DNA of 63,959 nucleotides, filler included, from Dimargaris cristalligena (Eukaryota): assembly GCA_003614675.1 (NCBI GenBank). It is 19 parts of 19 records of this genome, joined end to end, with 100 filler letters (N's around TTAATTAATTAA, not from the genome) between each part and the next. Parts side by side here need not be neighbours in the genome. Positions count along the whole stretch, not along the records: positions 60,743 to 63,959 come from ML004002.1; 18 more parts are not named here. One strand, 5' to 3'. Positions 61,979-63,959 of the stretch are shown here, one piece after another. The notes under the pieces are model-generated. The model saw nothing but the letters and a program-made list of their open reading frames with translations, was not told the origin of the DNA and did no database searches. How positions within the stretch are numbered: the first letter of the stretch is position 1; each line of letters starts with the position of its first letter. The translations under genes were made by a program, and so were the position numbers.

Positions 61979-63959
61979 TGTTGAAGAAGATGTTCCTACG
62001 TGCTCTTTATCCTATCCTATTTTCATCCAATTATGTTAGTTTATTCTGCTATTATGAGATCATTCATATTAGCTACTTATATTTCACCCTACAGAAAATT
62101 ACAGTTCAATAAAACTAACCACCTAGAGGCACCTACTATCCTCTAGCAGCTATCTTCCCTTTCTTCCAGTTTTATTTCCTTTAAGTCCTTAGTATTCCAA
62201 CACCAGATTCAAGGGCTGGGAATTTAGTCTAGATGAGATAAAGTAATAAATATTAGAAAGAGTTGCATAACTTATACTGATGGTTCCTATACCAGTTATA
62301 TATTCATTTTTCTCCTTTGTTAAGAATCCTGCCATTTCTGAGGAGTGACTTAAAACTTACAAGAGTCAGAAACTACAGCCTAAATAGTATTATCAGTAAG
62401 AAAATATCTAAAAATCAAATCAAAAGTCAGGTATTTTCCGCTAGGAAATAGTGCTTCATTAAGAACTAAATAAATTATCAGTAAAAATATAGCAAAGCCG
62501 AAGTGTGAGGAAGAAGTATATGGATCCCAATAGAAGATCAATACGTAGCTGAATACCGTCCAGCATGGCCCACTATATACTGGTTTAACCCATGGCTTCG
62601 TTACAATCCACCATGAATGTTGGTATCCTTGGCATTGTATTAGGGTCTGGCACAGGGAGTAGAGGGTCTTAACTATAGCCATAGGTGTAGGGTCGGGCAT
62701 TAACTGTAATAAATAATAATTAGTGACAGGATTTGCTCCTTGGGTCTGCCATGGCAAACATTAAAGCAGCCTGACGAGGCAATGCACCCCCATGACTGTT
62801 GGGTTAAAATATTAAGACCCTGATTCAGCCCTAGCGCAATGTGAAATATGAAGGATGGCTGCCCCCCACCCCAGGGTTCCTTTATAGTACCCAGCAGGGT
62901 GACGTGGGACAGGAGATGGTATTGGGAAGGGGGCACGACTACTATGTATGGTACCTACTACTTAATAGACCAAATTAGCCAACATCTTCACGGCGGGAGA
63001 TTAGTCTCCTAGGCCAGCCTTGGACTATGCAAAATAAGTGCAGGGGAGGAAGCCAAGGCAGGGAGGGAAAGTACGGGTAGAGTGACATTGGGTGGTGTCA
63101 GGACAAGGAGAGGGGGATGGACCGGGGCCGAGTGAGCCACACTACCTCTTCTACTCACCCTCTCTGTATTTCTCGCCAATCAATGTTCAGGAACCACTGA
63201 ACCCGGCGACCAAATGATCTGTCGATGGGACTCCTTTAGGCTCTAAATAATTTGCTGGGCCAATTGATACAGATGGTGGCTCCCAGCAGTCCAGGGTTCA
63301 GGCTGGTGGAAGGGGGGATAGTAGGAAATTTACATGCTTGGGGTTGGCTGAGTAATCTTGTCCATACCATTCTCTGCCCAGTTTGGTTTAATTGACAACC
63401 AAAAATACAAAAGAAAAAGGTAGTCGGGGTATTGAAATGTCCCTGGCTTTGCTGTATTTTCTGGTTTCATTTAAAGCACCAGGGCCAATAGTGGCCAAAG
63501 TGTGTGAGGGCAAGCCGCACTCTATGGGTATATGTGTGGATCTTTCTTTTTGGGACAAGGGAATTCAATGCACAAGCTCCACTGGTCAAAAATGGGATGC
63601 TCCTATTTCACTTTCGGTATTGTTAGAATAGCAAATGGAATGAGTATTTTTATTAGAAAGAGGAACTAGTAGTAAGAACTTTAATGATAGCAATGTGAGC
63701 ACTAGTAAACTAAAGGATCAGGGTGCATCACCCATGCACTTTTATATCACTAATATCCAACATCTTAAAGCATCGAGAGTGCCACAAAGAACTATATCAA
63801 ACTTCCAAAAATAATGTATGCATGGCTGGTCATTAACTGGCTATAGTGATGGTGAAAATTTTTAGTAAGGAGTCCTTGGTTTTGTCAAGGGTGGCTGTAA
63901 GACCCTCTGGGTATCTGGTATAGTGGCTGGGGCTATAGTCCCAGCTGTGCCGGTGGACT

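Overview
This is not one locus. It is 19 short eukaryotic (fungal) contigs, sorted by decreasing length from 3322 to 3217 bp and joined by artificial 100-nt linkers (N44-TTAATTAATTAA-N44), so adjacency across linkers has no biological meaning. Intact CpG-rich housekeeping genes include PIG-A/SPT14, SFT2, CSN6, a partial TMEM234-like gene, a probable Prp4 kinase N-terminus, an AA11-type LPMO C-terminus and a dispersed 5S rRNA. They alternate with CpG-depleted repeat-rich DNA: several solo-LTR-like families, a Ty3/Gypsy gag-pol broken only by TGA stops, a DIRS-type RT relic, and NRPS and ABCG fragments. The gene content would fit an early-diverging fungus such as a Dimargaris-like mycoparasite, but that is inference. 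The most interesting signals are: (i) two unlinked, decayed genes with the same signal peptide + F-box-like motif + intron architecture (candidate secreted F-box effectors); (ii) a CpG-free contig with an orphan integrase-type HHCC zinc-finger ORF, a 35-bp array and duplicated micro-exons; (iii) a non-coding contig built of palindromic modules plus a tRNA-like head; (iv) a 791-bp exact inverted duplication that may be an amplification chimera. No CRISPR or prokaryotic system is supported. All calls are by eye; no searches were run.
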